Source: a virus. From it: 42,415 nt of DNA. Position 1 is the stretch's first letter. Every line of letters begins with the position of its first letter. Below, one piece after another: positions 32,386 through 41,727 of this stretch. Under the pieces are notes generated by a model. The model had not been told where the DNA came from. It searched no databases and saw only the letters and a program-made list of their open reading frames with translations. The translations under genes were made by a program, and so were the position numbers. The stretch spans positions 1 through 42,415 of IMG/VR virus record IMGVR_UViG_3300045988_044581. One strand, 5' to 3'.

Positions 32386-34100
32386 AAAAGAAAGAGCTGC
32401 TGAAGCACATCCCGGAAAATGCCGAAGAGCCTTTTATAAAAAGGATCCGGACACCGGACGGAATGGCATTGATGACAGTGCTTCCGGACTCCGACAGAGT
32501 GCACTTCACGTGGAAAGACGGGTACCTGACCTATGACACAGAAACGTGTACATGGTCAAGGACAAGAATCACAAGTCCGTGTCAAATCGTGCACTGGCCA
32601 GATGATGAAAAGTCGCAGAAAGAAGCGGAGAGCTTCTGCAAAGGTTCAGGGAGTGCAATAAACCAGATAGATAGCTATGAGTACAGAATTAGCTGGAGAA
32701 AGAGCTGCGATGCGCAGAATCGGAAGTTCCAAAGAATCCAGGAGATGATGGAGGACGTTCCGGCACTGCCTCCGAGATTTGTGGACTGGATAAAGAAAAG
32801 ATACCAGACAGCGGAAGACAAGTATACGCGCGTACATTTCACATCGCTTTTCCAGAAGATGCCAGACGGAAGAGCTGTGGAGCGCATCTTCAGGGTTGCT
32901 TTTTTCAAGAATCCGGAAAAGATGTCTGTGACGGAAATCGTGCGCGGATACGCAAGTGAGATCGGAGCGAAGGAATGGAGCGACTGGTACTACGGCACAG
33001 TTCGAAATGCCTACGGAGCCAGGCAACGCTGGTGGGACCGTAAGAGCATAATGACCTACACACCGCTTCAAACGGACTTCTACACGAAGAACCTTGAAGA
33101 TCTTGGAATTGGGCTGCAGGGGAGAGAAATCATCAAAGGAATTCCGGGCCCGGTTTACCGGTGGAAGCTGATGGAAGTAGTGAAGTGGGAACCGGACCTC
33201 GCGGAGAGAGCTGTAAAAGAGAAATTGGGGAAATGTCTCATGGAGTTCGTCAATGCGGAAGGGGTAGTAGGAGTAGCAAGAATGGCCGACGCGTTGGAAA
33301 GAATCGGCAGGCAGAAGGCAAAACGCCTGATTGCCCTGAATGCAAACAGCATGATGCTGATCACGCTGGACATGTGCCCGAAGGCGACCGATGAGACGCT
33401 GAAAAAGATCGGAAAAATAAAAAGAGATACTACACTGGACCAGATTGCGGAAATTCTGGAGAAGGGGATCAATGCGAACCACTTCTGGAAGCTCATGGAG
33501 ACGACAGAAAAAGAAATGAGCTGTCAAGAAAAAATCACGATGTACCGGGACTATCTGGACATGGCCGAACGGAGAGGAAGTGACATCCACAGCGAGATTA
33601 TTTACCGAAACAAGAGATGGAAGTACTTCCACGACCTATACCTGGCAGAGCTGAACCGGAAGAAGGATGAAGAGCGGGCGGCGAAATTTCCAGGGATCCG
33701 AAAGGATCTGGAGAGGAACAGAAGGATCTTCAAATGGCAGCAGGACGATTATTTTGTCCGGCCGGCAGAATCCGCGGAAGACATTATCAACGAAGGACGG
33801 ATACAGCATCACTGCGTGGGAGCTTCGGATACCTACATGATCAAGATGGCCACGCGGAAGAGCTGGATATGTTTTCTGCGGAAGAAAGAAGCTCCGGAAG
33901 AGCCATGGTACACAATTGAGACCGACGGAGAAAAGATTCTGCAGGCATACGCCGCCTACGACCGGAAACCGGACTGGAAAGAAACGGACGAAGTACTGCA
34001 GGACTGGATAAGGCAGGTCAGAAAGAACATGGCTGTAATGGCGAAAGAAGAAAATCAGGAAGAAAAGTCAGAAAAGAAGTTGCTGATGGCAGCAGGATAA
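32382..34100 (+). CDS. PcfJ-like protein
   Basis: The C-terminal EGRIQHHCVGASDTYMIKMATRKSWICFLRKKEAPEEPWYTIE matches the PcfJ domain signature as recalled. Confidence 0.6.
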   Translation: MKKKELLKHIPENAEEPFIKRIRTPDGMALMTVLPDSDRVHFTWKDGYLTYDTETCTWSRTRITSPCQIVHWPDDEKSQKEAESFCKGSGSAINQIDSYEYRISWRKSCDAQNRKFQRIQEMMEDVPALPPRFVDWIKKRYQTAEDKYTRVHFTSLFQKMPDGRAVERIFRVAFFKNPEKMSVTEIVRGYASEIGAKEWSDWYYGTVRNAYGARQRWWDRKSIMTYTPLQTDFYTKNLEDLGIGLQGREIIKGIPGPVYRWKLMEVVKWEPDLAERAVKEKLGKCLMEFVNAEGVVGVARMADALERIGRQKAKRLIALNANSMMLITLDMCPKATDETLKKIGKIKRDTTLDQIAEILEKGINANHFWKLMETTEKEMSCQEKITMYRDYLDMAERRGSDIHSEIIYRNKRWKYFHDLYLAELNRKKDEERAAKFPGIRKDLERNRRIFKWQQDDYFVRPAESAEDIINEGRIQHHCVGASDTYMIKMATRKSWICFLRKKEAPEEPWYTIETDGEKILQAYAAYDRKPDWKETDEVLQDWIRQVRKNMAVMAKEENQEEKSEKKLLMAAG

Positions 34101-34110
34101 GGAGGAGCGC

Positions 34111-35388
34111 ATGGAAGAAGGATATATCGGAGAAGTAAAACTCGAGAAAAAAGATGAGACTCAGGAAGACTATACGAGGAAGATCACACTGACCGCAGAG
34201 GTGGCGAGCGATATGCAGCTGAAGTACGGTGGCTATAAAGGCTTCAAAGCAAAAATGGATTATGTCATCGGGAGGACGGCAAATGACTTTGCAGAAATCG
34301 GCCAGATGCTCAAGGAGGCGCGTGACACGGATATCCTGAAGGATTCCGGATATTCAGGCATGGGAGAATTTGCACTGAAGGAGTACGGCCTCCGGCCAGA
34401 TCAGACAAGCAGGTTTATCGGAGTTTTCGAAAAATTCGGAAATCCCAATGGAGGAATAAAGGAGGAGTATCAGAGCCACGGCCTCACGAAGCTCTCGGAG
34501 ATGCTGTCTCTTCCGGACAGCGTGGCAGAGGCGATCCCTGCAGATCTGTCGAAAGAAGAGATCCGCCAGATCAAAGAGGAAGTGAGACAGGAGCAGGCGA
34601 TAACGCCGCTTGAGGTGGCGATGGAGGGGCAGCAGGCGGACAATCCGCTGACGGCAATGCTGAAAGCATACTTTCACGGAAAGCCGGCAGAATTTCGGGG
34701 GATTTTTGAGAAGTGGGAGAAAACGAAAACGGAAGCAGATGAAAAGAGCCTGATCCTTGACGTTCTCGCATCGTCCGGAGTGGCCGTGCTGGAATCGAGG
34801 CCAGCAGGACTTGGAAAGATCCTCCTTACCTTTGACGGAGAAGAGAAGGAGCCAAAGCTGACACAGATCAGGGAAGACCAGACAAGCGATGTAAAGTGGC
34901 TGGAGCTGCAGAGCACGATAGATGAAATCCTGAAAGGACCGATGGGAGAGGACGCGACAGAAGGCTGGGAGACACCGGAAGAAGCGTGGAAAGGCCTTTA
35001 CGGAGAAGAAATGCCGGAAACGACGAATTCCCCATGTGAGAAGGCAAAACCGGAAGCAAAAGTGAAAATTGCGCCAGCGCAATTGGAAAATGCCGAAAAG
35101 CATGGGGATCCCCATGAAGAGAAGCACATGGAAGAGGAAAATCTTCCGATGCCAAAGCCGGAGAAGCCGCTCCGTGGGACGCAGGAAGCACGTGACTCTC
35201 TGAAAGTAATCATGGACAAGGTGGCCGTGATGAAGCTGCAGTTATCTGCGATAGGACATCTGAGGGCAGATGAAGAGCAGTATGTGATCCAGGATACGAT
35301 GGAAAAGTATGAGAGTGCATCAATGGAGCTGCAGGATGCACTGAATGACCTGAGTATGCTCAGACTGAAGGAGGAACGGGAAGAATGA
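34111..35388 (+). CDS. Hypothetical early protein (425 aa)
   Basis: RBS AAGGAGGAG. Helical N-domain and acidic C-half. Confidence 0.65.
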   Translation: MEEGYIGEVKLEKKDETQEDYTRKITLTAEVASDMQLKYGGYKGFKAKMDYVIGRTANDFAEIGQMLKEARDTDILKDSGYSGMGEFALKEYGLRPDQTSRFIGVFEKFGNPNGGIKEEYQSHGLTKLSEMLSLPDSVAEAIPADLSKEEIRQIKEEVRQEQAITPLEVAMEGQQADNPLTAMLKAYFHGKPAEFRGIFEKWEKTKTEADEKSLILDVLASSGVAVLESRPAGLGKILLTFDGEEKEPKLTQIREDQTSDVKWLELQSTIDEILKGPMGEDATEGWETPEEAWKGLYGEEMPETTNSPCEKAKPEAKVKIAPAQLENAEKHGDPHEEKHMEEENLPMPKPEKPLRGTQEARDSLKVIMDKVAVMKLQLSAIGHLRADEEQYVIQDTMEKYESASMELQDALNDLSMLRLKEEREE

Positions 35389-35747
35389 TGGAAGTACACG
35401 GGACATGTAGACATTGCGGACAGTATGTCCTTGTCAGGGTGAATGAAGACGCGACACAGGAAGAGATCAACGAAGCTGCAACTCTTGAGTGCGGATGCAG
35501 CGAATCGAAAAAAGACAAGGAGAAGCAGGAAGAAATCAGGAAGTGCAAGAGCACGATCAAGGAGATTTTCGGGGATACAAGAGTCGCAGAGCTGCTGACA
35601 GAAGCAGCTGATGATATCCGAGAAGGCACAATGATGCAGATGACGCTGAAGCTGACAAAAAACACGACTGCAAAGGTATGGGTAAATGCAGACGGAGAAA
35701 TCAGTGTAGAAAAGAAGACGGTGAAGAAAGAGAGTACAAAAGCATGA
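35385..35747 (+). CDS. Cys-containing hypothetical protein
   Basis: 120 aa with CRHCG...ECGC near the N-terminus. ATGA coupling. Confidence 0.6.
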   Translation: MMEVHGTCRHCGQYVLVRVNEDATQEEINEAATLECGCSESKKDKEKQEEIRKCKSTIKEIFGDTRVAELLTEAADDIREGTMMQMTLKLTKNTTAKVWVNADGEISVEKKTVKKESTKA

Positions 35748-35884
35748 GAACGATAAGAAAGGCAGCCAAAATTGTGGCGGATATTATCGCAGCAGTATCT
35801 ATCCTGGGGATGGTCCTGATCGGTATCGCGCTCGCGGACGGAGCAAGACGGGAAGACTTCCGGATTGGAGGGAGAGATGTCTAA
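35744..35884 (+). CDS. Small membrane protein (46 aa)
   Basis: ATGA overlap. Product MRTIRKAAKIVADIIAAVSILGMVLIGIALADG... Confidence 0.5.
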   Translation: MRTIRKAAKIVADIIAAVSILGMVLIGIALADGARREDFRIGGRDV

Positions 35885-36221
35885 GCGCAGCATCGTCACA
35901 GAGTATGTGGGGATTTCCGCAATTTCCGGAAGCCCTGCAGAGGAAACACATCACCTGATATGGGGCAGAAGCGGAGCCCTGCGGACGCTTGCAGACAAGG
36001 ACGGCCTTACAATCCCGCTGACGACAAGAGAGCATACAGGGGCAGCAGGAGGAAGCGTGACGGAAAGAGTGCACGACAATACGGCAGCAGAAGCCATGTC
36101 AAAGATCGCGGGGCAGTTGGCTTTCGAGAAGGAGTATTACAGGATCAAGATGGGGCTGAAAAAAGGTGAGGATCCGGCAAGAGAAGCCTTCCGGAAGAGA
36201 TACGGACAAAGCTACCTGTGA
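35877..36221 (+). CDS. HNH-like nuclease-fold candidate
   Basis: RBS GGAGGGAG. EETHHLIWGRSGALRTLADKDGLTIPLTTREHTG has H-H...D/N...H spacing. Confidence 0.45.
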   Translation: MSKRSIVTEYVGISAISGSPAEETHHLIWGRSGALRTLADKDGLTIPLTTREHTGAAGGSVTERVHDNTAAEAMSKIAGQLAFEKEYYRIKMGLKKGEDPAREAFRKRYGQSYL

Positions 36222-36233
36222 AAAGGAGCAGAA

Positions 36234-36404
36234 ATGGAACAGACAGGAAGAAACGGAGAAGGATATCCGGACCAGACAGCAGGGACGGCCATCAAAAACA
36301 TTGAGAAGGAAGAACATGAACAATGCATATTATACGGGCGATATCATCGAGGCAGAGGAAAAAACAGGGATAATCGGGACATATGCAATCGTGGCCACGC
36401 ATGA
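36234..36404 (+). CDS. Possible small ORF (56 aa) overlapping the next gene
   Basis: Good RBS AAGGAG 6 nt before the ATG. The N-half GYPDQTAGTAIKNIEKEE looks protein-like, but the C-half is Arg-rich and overlaps 36316..36876 by 89 nt. Confidence 0.35.
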   Translation: MEQTGRNGEGYPDQTAGTAIKNIEKEEHEQCILYGRYHRGRGKNRDNRDICNRGHA

Positions 36405-36876
36405 AAAGTACATGACGGCGCTCAGGCTCGCAGAGATGCGGACGGAGAGTGTGACATATGCAGTAATTGCAAAAGAGAAAATGTATACGGATCCGGGGCG
36501 GCTGGTGCTCGTGTATAACAGCAAAATTAGAGGACTTGTGCGGTCCATGTCCGACAAAGAGACCGACAATTTACGCAGGGAGGTAAAAGATGCGCTGTGC
36601 CTAAACGAGGATGATTTCGGAGAAACCGAGGCAGAAAATCTGAAAAGCAGAGCAGAGGATGCAGAAAAACGGGCGAGGGAAGCGGAAGAGAAAGCAGAAA
36701 GAATTCAGAAAAAGCTGAACGATCTGCAGAACAAGATGGAATGCATTCAGCGGGAGAATGCCGGGAAGAATGAAGAGGACAGCAAGAAAGAGATGCTGAT
36801 TGCGGTCCAGGCAGAAAGAAACTTGTATAAGAAATTGTATGAGGAGACACTGGAAAGAGCTTTTGATATGGCATAA
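36316..36876 (+). CDS. Hypothetical protein with a C-terminal coiled coil
   Basis: 186 aa, start trimmed to ATG 36316 (MNNAYYTGDII). Confidence 0.6.
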   Translation: MNNAYYTGDIIEAEEKTGIIGTYAIVATHEKYMTALRLAEMRTESVTYAVIAKEKMYTDPGRLVLVYNSKIRGLVRSMSDKETDNLRREVKDALCLNEDDFGETEAENLKSRAEDAEKRAREAEEKAERIQKKLNDLQNKMECIQRENAGKNEEDSKKEMLIAVQAERNLYKKLYEETLERAFDMA

Positions 36877-36940
36877 GCGGCAGGGGAAATACGAGGAAAA
36901 GACGGAATGAAGAGGGCGGGTCTTTTAAGGAGGGAGTGTT

Positions 36941-37693
36941 TTGAAGGCATTTTGTTTATTTGAGCAGTCTGGGACTTTCAAGAATGCCTTCCGCAAATAC
37001 GGAGTTGAAGCGGAAGATTATGACATTCTAAATGACTTCGGCCAGACAGACCATGTTGTGGACATCTTCTCAGAGATCGAGGAGGGATACGAAGGAAAGC
37101 CTAGCATATTTGACCAGATTGGGAAGGATGATATCTGCATGGCGTTTTTTCCTTGTACAAGGTTCGAAGCAAAAATTCCGTTGATGATGAGAGGTGAAGG
37201 ATTTCAACAGAAGAAATGGACGGATATACAGAAATTAGAGTGCAGTATCTCGCTACACAAAGAACTGAGCGAATTGTATATCTTGCTGAGTAAGATGACC
37301 ATTATCTGCCTGAGAAAAGGATTCCCGATGATCATCGAAAACCCATACACACAACCGCACTACTTGCGGACATATTGGTGCATGAAGCCGGCTTTGATCG
37401 ACACAGACAGAACTGAAAATGGAGATTACTACAAAAAGCCAACGCAATATTGGTTTTTGAATTGCAAGCCGGAGCAGAACCTTGTTTTTGAACCGATTGA
37501 GTACGTGAAAAAAAGGGTGATAGATAACGAAAACACAACCAGAAGAAAGGTTGAGAGGTCGCTGATGCATCCGCAGTACGCGGATAGATTTATACGTCAG
37601 TACATTTTGAAGGAGAAACAGTGGAAAAAGACAAAACTTGTGGAACCTGCTTGTACGGAAACTACTACAAAAGACACCACAACATGCAGATAA
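36941..37693 (+). CDS. Divergent, short DNA (cytosine-5) methyltransferase-like protein
   Basis: TTG start after AAGGAGGGAG. Candidate motifs: LFEQSGTF (I), FFPCTRFE (IV, PC) and IIENPY (VI, ENV-like). Confidence 0.5.
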   Translation: MKAFCLFEQSGTFKNAFRKYGVEAEDYDILNDFGQTDHVVDIFSEIEEGYEGKPSIFDQIGKDDICMAFFPCTRFEAKIPLMMRGEGFQQKKWTDIQKLECSISLHKELSELYILLSKMTIICLRKGFPMIIENPYTQPHYLRTYWCMKPALIDTDRTENGDYYKKPTQYWFLNCKPEQNLVFEPIEYVKKRVIDNENTTRRKVERSLMHPQYADRFIRQYILKEKQWKKTKLVEPACTETTTKDTTTCR

Positions 37694-37772
37694 CAGCCTT
37701 TGTGGATTGCGAGGTTTATAGCACAAAGAAGGCAAGCAAAGAGAAAGGATGTAGCAACTGGAAGGAGAGAAA

Positions 37773-38321
37773 ATGAAGCATTTTGAAGAGCATAGTTTAG
37801 AAGAGATATTAAATCTATCACCAGAGGGCTATACAAATCCTGCTGTAGTAGATGGAAAGCTAGTGAGATGTGAAGGGACGGAATGCACAGATTGTGATTT
37901 ATCCTGTAGGCATACAACGTCGGGTAGGCTGTGCGCTTTACATTTTATTGAGTGGCTCTATTCGGAAGTACAAGAAGATACAAGCGAAGGTGATCCGGTC
38001 AATCACCAAGAGAAAAGAGGTAGAAGGACGAGGTGGATTCCGGTTGCCGAGAAATTACCGAAGAACTTGGAAGAAGTAATTGTCACATGGGTAAATACAA
38101 ATCCAGAGTCGTACTACAGCGACATTAAAGGAATCCCATTCTCCGGAGCGGCTGTTTTTTATGACGGAGATTGGTATTGGTACTCGAACATTACGCAGGA
38201 CATCCTCGCGGAATATGGAAGATGTGAAGACATGCTTATAGATGATGCCATAGAAATCACCGCATGGATGCCATTCCCAGAGCCGTATAAGGAGGAAAAC
38301 TCAGATGGTCGTACTGACTGA
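37773..38321 (+). CDS. Cys-module N-domain plus DUF551-like C-domain protein
   Basis: N-terminal CEGTECTDCDLSCRH...IEWLYSE. C-terminal RWIPVAEKLP...ITAWMPFPEPY. Confidence 0.6.
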   Translation: MKHFEEHSLEEILNLSPEGYTNPAVVDGKLVRCEGTECTDCDLSCRHTTSGRLCALHFIEWLYSEVQEDTSEGDPVNHQEKRGRRTRWIPVAEKLPKNLEEVIVTWVNTNPESYYSDIKGIPFSGAAVFYDGDWYWYSNITQDILAEYGRCEDMLIDDAIEITAWMPFPEPYKEENSDGRTD

Positions 38322-38523
38322 TGAAAGGTATGAAGGACTCGTGAAGATGGCAGACTATCATCTTCCACATAAGCCTAACTGGGACAGTGACGGATGCGCA
38401 GACGGTAACAATGTGTGGGATGCTTACTGTCCAAAATGCGGAGCGGGAATAGATGAATGTGACAATTTTTGTCAGGTGTGTGGACAGAGTATAGATTGGA
38501 GTGAGGACAAGGAGGAGAAATGA
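38305..38523 (+). CDS. Zinc-ribbon protein
   Basis: RBS AAGGAGGA. Motif CPKCG...CQVCG. Confidence 0.6.
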   Translation: MVVLTDERYEGLVKMADYHLPHKPNWDSDGCADGNNVWDAYCPKCGAGIDECDNFCQVCGQSIDWSEDKEEK

Positions 38524-38744
38524 TAGCTTGGTATGAAAAGTTGCGCATGAAAAAGCAGGAAGAAGCAAAGGAAGACTATGTGACGATTTCCAGACTGGAT
38601 TTTTTAAATGCTATTTCCAGCGTAATAGCAAGCCTTGATGCAGATCGGGAAGAGGCAGATTCTCTTTCTGTTTTCGGAGCACTGATTGCGGGAAAAATCT
38701 TTGACAAGACTGACGAGAGAAAAAATGAAAAGGCAGACGATTGA
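38520..38744 (+). CDS. Hypothetical protein, related to the N-halves of 39355.. and 39770..
   Basis: ATGA coupling, 74 aa. Confidence 0.55.
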   Translation: MIAWYEKLRMKKQEEAKEDYVTISRLDFLNAISSVIASLDADREEADSLSVFGALIAGKIFDKTDERKNEKADD

Positions 38745-38784
38745 AGAGTATGTAAGGGAAATGCTCAACAGAAAGGGAAAGTAA
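38725..38784 (+). CDS. Conserved 19-codon micro-ORF, copy 1 (MKRQTIEEYVREMLNRKGK)
   Basis: About 51 nt nearly identical to 40257-40307. Stop overlaps the next ATG (TAATG). Confidence 0.4.
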   Translation: MKRQTIEEYVREMLNRKGK

Positions 38785-39248
38785 TGACAAACGAGGAGAA
38801 AAACAAAAAGAGATTTGATGAGCTTGAACTTGGAGAGCTATCGACTGACGGAATCGCTAGTTTCATTGCGGTAGGAAAAGACGGAGAGATAAATACGTGT
38901 ACAAAAATACCGTGTAAGGATTGCATCTTCGTAGGGAGATGCTACGGCGCAGCTTTAGAGTGGCTCAAGTCCGAAGCTGAGCCAGATAAAACAGAACCAG
39001 CGCAGGAAGAAAAGATGGAAAAAGTCGATCGTCTGATGCTTGAAGCAATGGAAATCGCTAACGAAAATAGCATTCCGTACATTGCAGCCACAGAAAGCCG
39101 TTCGATTCTTGCAGGAGGTACACCCAAGGAACTGCTTGCCCTTTCTGTATACCAGGAAGTTCAAATCGCCAAAGGAACAGGGATTCCGATGGAAGATCTG
39201 ATAAGGAATGTCACGCGTGGCATAGAAATTGCTTATCTGGCATTTTAA
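38784..39248 (+). CDS. Cys-module paralog (CTKIPCKDC...EWLKSEAEPDK)
   Basis: 154 aa. Shares its N-module and a 21-nt identical DNA stretch with 40313..41041. Confidence 0.6.
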   Translation: MTNEEKNKKRFDELELGELSTDGIASFIAVGKDGEINTCTKIPCKDCIFVGRCYGAALEWLKSEAEPDKTEPAQEEKMEKVDRLMLEAMEIANENSIPYIAATESRSILAGGTPKELLALSVYQEVQIAKGTGIPMEDLIRNVTRGIEIAYLAF

Positions 39249-39354
39249 GAGAAGGAGGGAAACGCAAATGATCACGCTGACTAAAGTGCCGCAAGAACCG
39301 GAAAAAAGTTTGTAGTGGCTATGCGGATGGTCACCCGGACAAGGAGGAGCAGAA

Positions 39355-39777
39355 ATGAAAATTAACATGAAAGGCTATGAGGAGTTGAAGGAGAAGGCCC
39401 ACAAGGAGAAGGCAGAGATTTCCAAAACGGACCTCATCAAGGTCTGCTGTAGAATCGCAAACGCTGCTGCGGAGCTGGAAGACGAGACTGCAGGAATACT
39501 TAATGCGTCAATGGAGATGCTAATGGTCCTTGATGAATTCTTCCCGGAAGAAGAGGAAAAGAAAGAGGAGGCGGATGCTGAGAAGCCTGCAGAAAAGACA
39601 GAGCTGAGTGCGATGGAGGAGCTGCTCTTTGAGCGGACACATCTGCGAGATGTGCAGTACCACACAACCATTTCTGCTGTATCGCTCAGTCGGTATAACA
39701 ATCTACACAGTCTGATTATAGATGCGGATCTGAAAGAAAAATACAACTTCTGGAAGGCGGTGAACGGATATGAATAA
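39355..39777 (+). CDS. Hypothetical protein (paralog family)
   Basis: RBS AAGGAGGAG, 140 aa. Confidence 0.6.
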   Translation: MKINMKGYEELKEKAHKEKAEISKTDLIKVCCRIANAAAELEDETAGILNASMEMLMVLDEFFPEEEEKKEEADAEKPAEKTELSAMEELLFERTHLRDVQYHTTISAVSLSRYNNLHSLIIDADLKEKYNFWKAVNGYE

Positions 39778-40216
39778 ACACAGTTTTGAAAAATTAGAGG
39801 AGAAGCTCGGAAATGAAAAGAAGATGATCTCCAAAGCGCAGCTTGCAAGCGCAATTTCCGACGTAGTTACTACGACGTTGGTTGCAACCGTACCCATCGG
39901 GACATCAATCCAAGCTTGCGCAATTGCAGCTGCGGAAACAAAGAGAGTTCTTGATGATTTCTTCCTCGCAGGGGAACCGGAGAAGAAAACGGAGGATGTT
40001 CCAGATACGGAGAAAGATTCGAAGTTCGAGGATCTGAAAAATCGGATTTTCTACTGCTCTGCTGAATGCGGAGTGCCTATTCCGGGAACAGACATAGAGA
40101 ATAACCGTACAGCGGAAATAAGAAGAGATGCGAAACACGCGGCACTTATTTCTCTGATTTTAAACGCAGGGCTGGGAGGGGAGTATCGAGAATGGCTGAG
40201 GAAGAGGTATGAATAA
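39770..40216 (+). CDS. Hypothetical protein (paralog family)
   Basis: 148 aa, with the same architecture as 39355..39777. Confidence 0.6.
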   Translation: MNKHSFEKLEEKLGNEKKMISKAQLASAISDVVTTTLVATVPIGTSIQACAIAAAETKRVLDDFFLAGEPEKKTEDVPDTEKDSKFEDLKNRIFYCSAECGVPIPGTDIENNRTAEIRRDAKHAALISLILNAGLGGEYREWLRKRYE

Positions 40217-40256
40217 GCACAGCATTTTCCAGAGCTGTACAAGGAGGAAAGCTAAG

Positions 40257-40316
40257 ATGAAAAGGCAGACGATTGAAGAGTATGTAAGGGAAATGCTCAG
40301 CAGAAAGGAGAAATGA
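40257..40316 (+). CDS. Conserved 19-codon micro-ORF, copy 2 (MKRQTIEEYVREMLSRKEK)
   Basis: Strong RBS AAGGAGGA. Stop overlaps the next ATG (ATGA). Confidence 0.5.
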   Translation: MKRQTIEEYVREMLSRKEK

Positions 40317-41041
40317 AGACAAACGAAGAACTGTATAAAGATGAAGCCGAAAAGATAGCGAAAAATGATAAAACGAATCATCCAGCTATATACAATGGCA
40401 AACCGGTGCCGTGCATTGGCTTCGACTGCTACAAATGCGATTTGCACAAGCCGAACTCAGACGCCGGCTGTTCAGTCTACTATAGAGATTGGCTTAAATC
40501 CGAAGCTGAGCCAGATAAACAAGTGCCAAAGAAGACGGAAGAAAAGGTGAAGAAAGCAGAAATTAAAGTCGGGGATACCGTAAAGGTTACGATGAAAAAT
40601 CACATGAGAGAAGGCGCAACCGGAACTGTGAGAACAATAAATCGTGCAAAAAACGGAATAAAATTTTACTACGTGCGTTTTGACGGAGAAAGCTGCGGGT
40701 ATGCATTTTTGGAGTATGAAATTGAAAAGGTAAAACCAAAGAAAACACCTCCTAGTATCGTAGTCTATAGAGACGGGGATACCGTCACAGCAAGGGATCT
40801 GGAAACCGGAGAAACGGCAAGTGCGGTATGCAGCAAGAAAGATACTTTTGATATCCATACAGGAGCCTTTATTGCAATGGCGAGATTAACGCATTTCATG
40901 GATGACATAAGGATGATGCGGCTTGAAGCAGAACAGATCGAAGGCGATATAGCAGATATGAAAATGCGCTTCGGTGCGCTGATGGGAGAAGGATACAAGT
41001 ATCCAGAAGGTTTTTTCAGAGAGGAGGGAAAGGAAAAATGA
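40313..41041 (+). CDS. Cys-module paralog (CIGFDCYKCDL...DWLKSEAEPDK) with a distinct C-domain
   Basis: 242 aa. Confidence 0.6.
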   Translation: MKTNEELYKDEAEKIAKNDKTNHPAIYNGKPVPCIGFDCYKCDLHKPNSDAGCSVYYRDWLKSEAEPDKQVPKKTEEKVKKAEIKVGDTVKVTMKNHMREGATGTVRTINRAKNGIKFYYVRFDGESCGYAFLEYEIEKVKPKKTPPSIVVYRDGDTVTARDLETGETASAVCSKKDTFDIHTGAFIAMARLTHFMDDIRMMRLEAEQIEGDIADMKMRFGALMGEGYKYPEGFFREEGKEK

Positions 41042-41238
41042 AAATGCGCTTGAAAGAAGAAATCACACTAAGCGCCCGCGAGAGTGATCTAGGCCTTCAC
41101 GGAGATGTGCTGTTAAGAGCTGGAGATGTCTTCGAAGTTACAGAAATGTGCGGCGGCTGTAAGTTGGAACGGGACGGAATACGCATCTATGCAACTGAAG
41201 GGTTCGGTACGTTCCTTCTGGAGGAGGTGAAAGAGTGA
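41038..41238 (+). CDS. Hypothetical protein
   Basis: ATGA coupling, 66 aa. Confidence 0.55.
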   Translation: MKMRLKEEITLSARESDLGLHGDVLLRAGDVFEVTEMCGGCKLERDGIRIYATEGFGTFLLEEVKE

Positions 41239-41717
41239 ATAAAGTAGTGTTACTCGGCCGTCTGACGAAGGAACCGGATGTGCGGCAGACTCAGGTGGTA
41301 ACAATCGCAAGATATACGCTTGCGGTAACCAGAAGAGGAAAGAAGCAGGAAGGGCAGCAGGAAGCGGATTTCATTTCTTGTGTGGCATTCGGCAAGGCCG
41401 GAGAATTCGCGGGGAATTACCTGCACAAGGGGACCAAGATCTGTGTCTCCGGAAGGATCCAGACAGGAAGCTACACCAGGCAGGACGGAACCAAGGCATA
41501 CACAACGGATGTAATCATCGAGGAGCAGGAATTTGCAGAAAGCAAAGCGGACAGCGGAAGAGCTGCAATGGATGACCAGGTGGCTGCGATGTATGCAGGC
41601 CAGAGAAGCCAGGAAGGGCAGCAGGACAGATCAGGGCAGCAGGGTTCATGGGAGAGCGCAATGGACGGATTTATGAGTATTCCAAACGGCATTGATGAAG
41701 AGCTCCCGTTTAATTGA
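41235..41717 (+). CDS. ssb: Single-stranded DNA-binding protein
   Basis: OB-fold N-domain NKVVLLGRLTKEPDVR...ADFISCVAFGKAGEFAGNYLHKGTKICVSGRIQTGSY. Gly/Gln-rich linker. Acidic tail DEELPFN. Confidence 0.9.
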   Translation: MNKVVLLGRLTKEPDVRQTQVVTIARYTLAVTRRGKKQEGQQEADFISCVAFGKAGEFAGNYLHKGTKICVSGRIQTGSYTRQDGTKAYTTDVIIEEQEFAESKADSGRAAMDDQVAAMYAGQRSQEGQQDRSGQQGSWESAMDGFMSIPNGIDEELPFN

Positions 41718-41727
41718 GCGGTGAAAG

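Noticed and set aside
32646-33632. 328-aa minus-strand ORF
   Set aside because: It is antisense to the PcfJ-like gene. It has no RBS and its composition mirrors the sense strand.
34354-35127. 257-aa minus-strand ORF (and nested ORFs)
   Set aside because: It is antisense to the 425-aa early gene, and the sense gene has the RBS and coupling.
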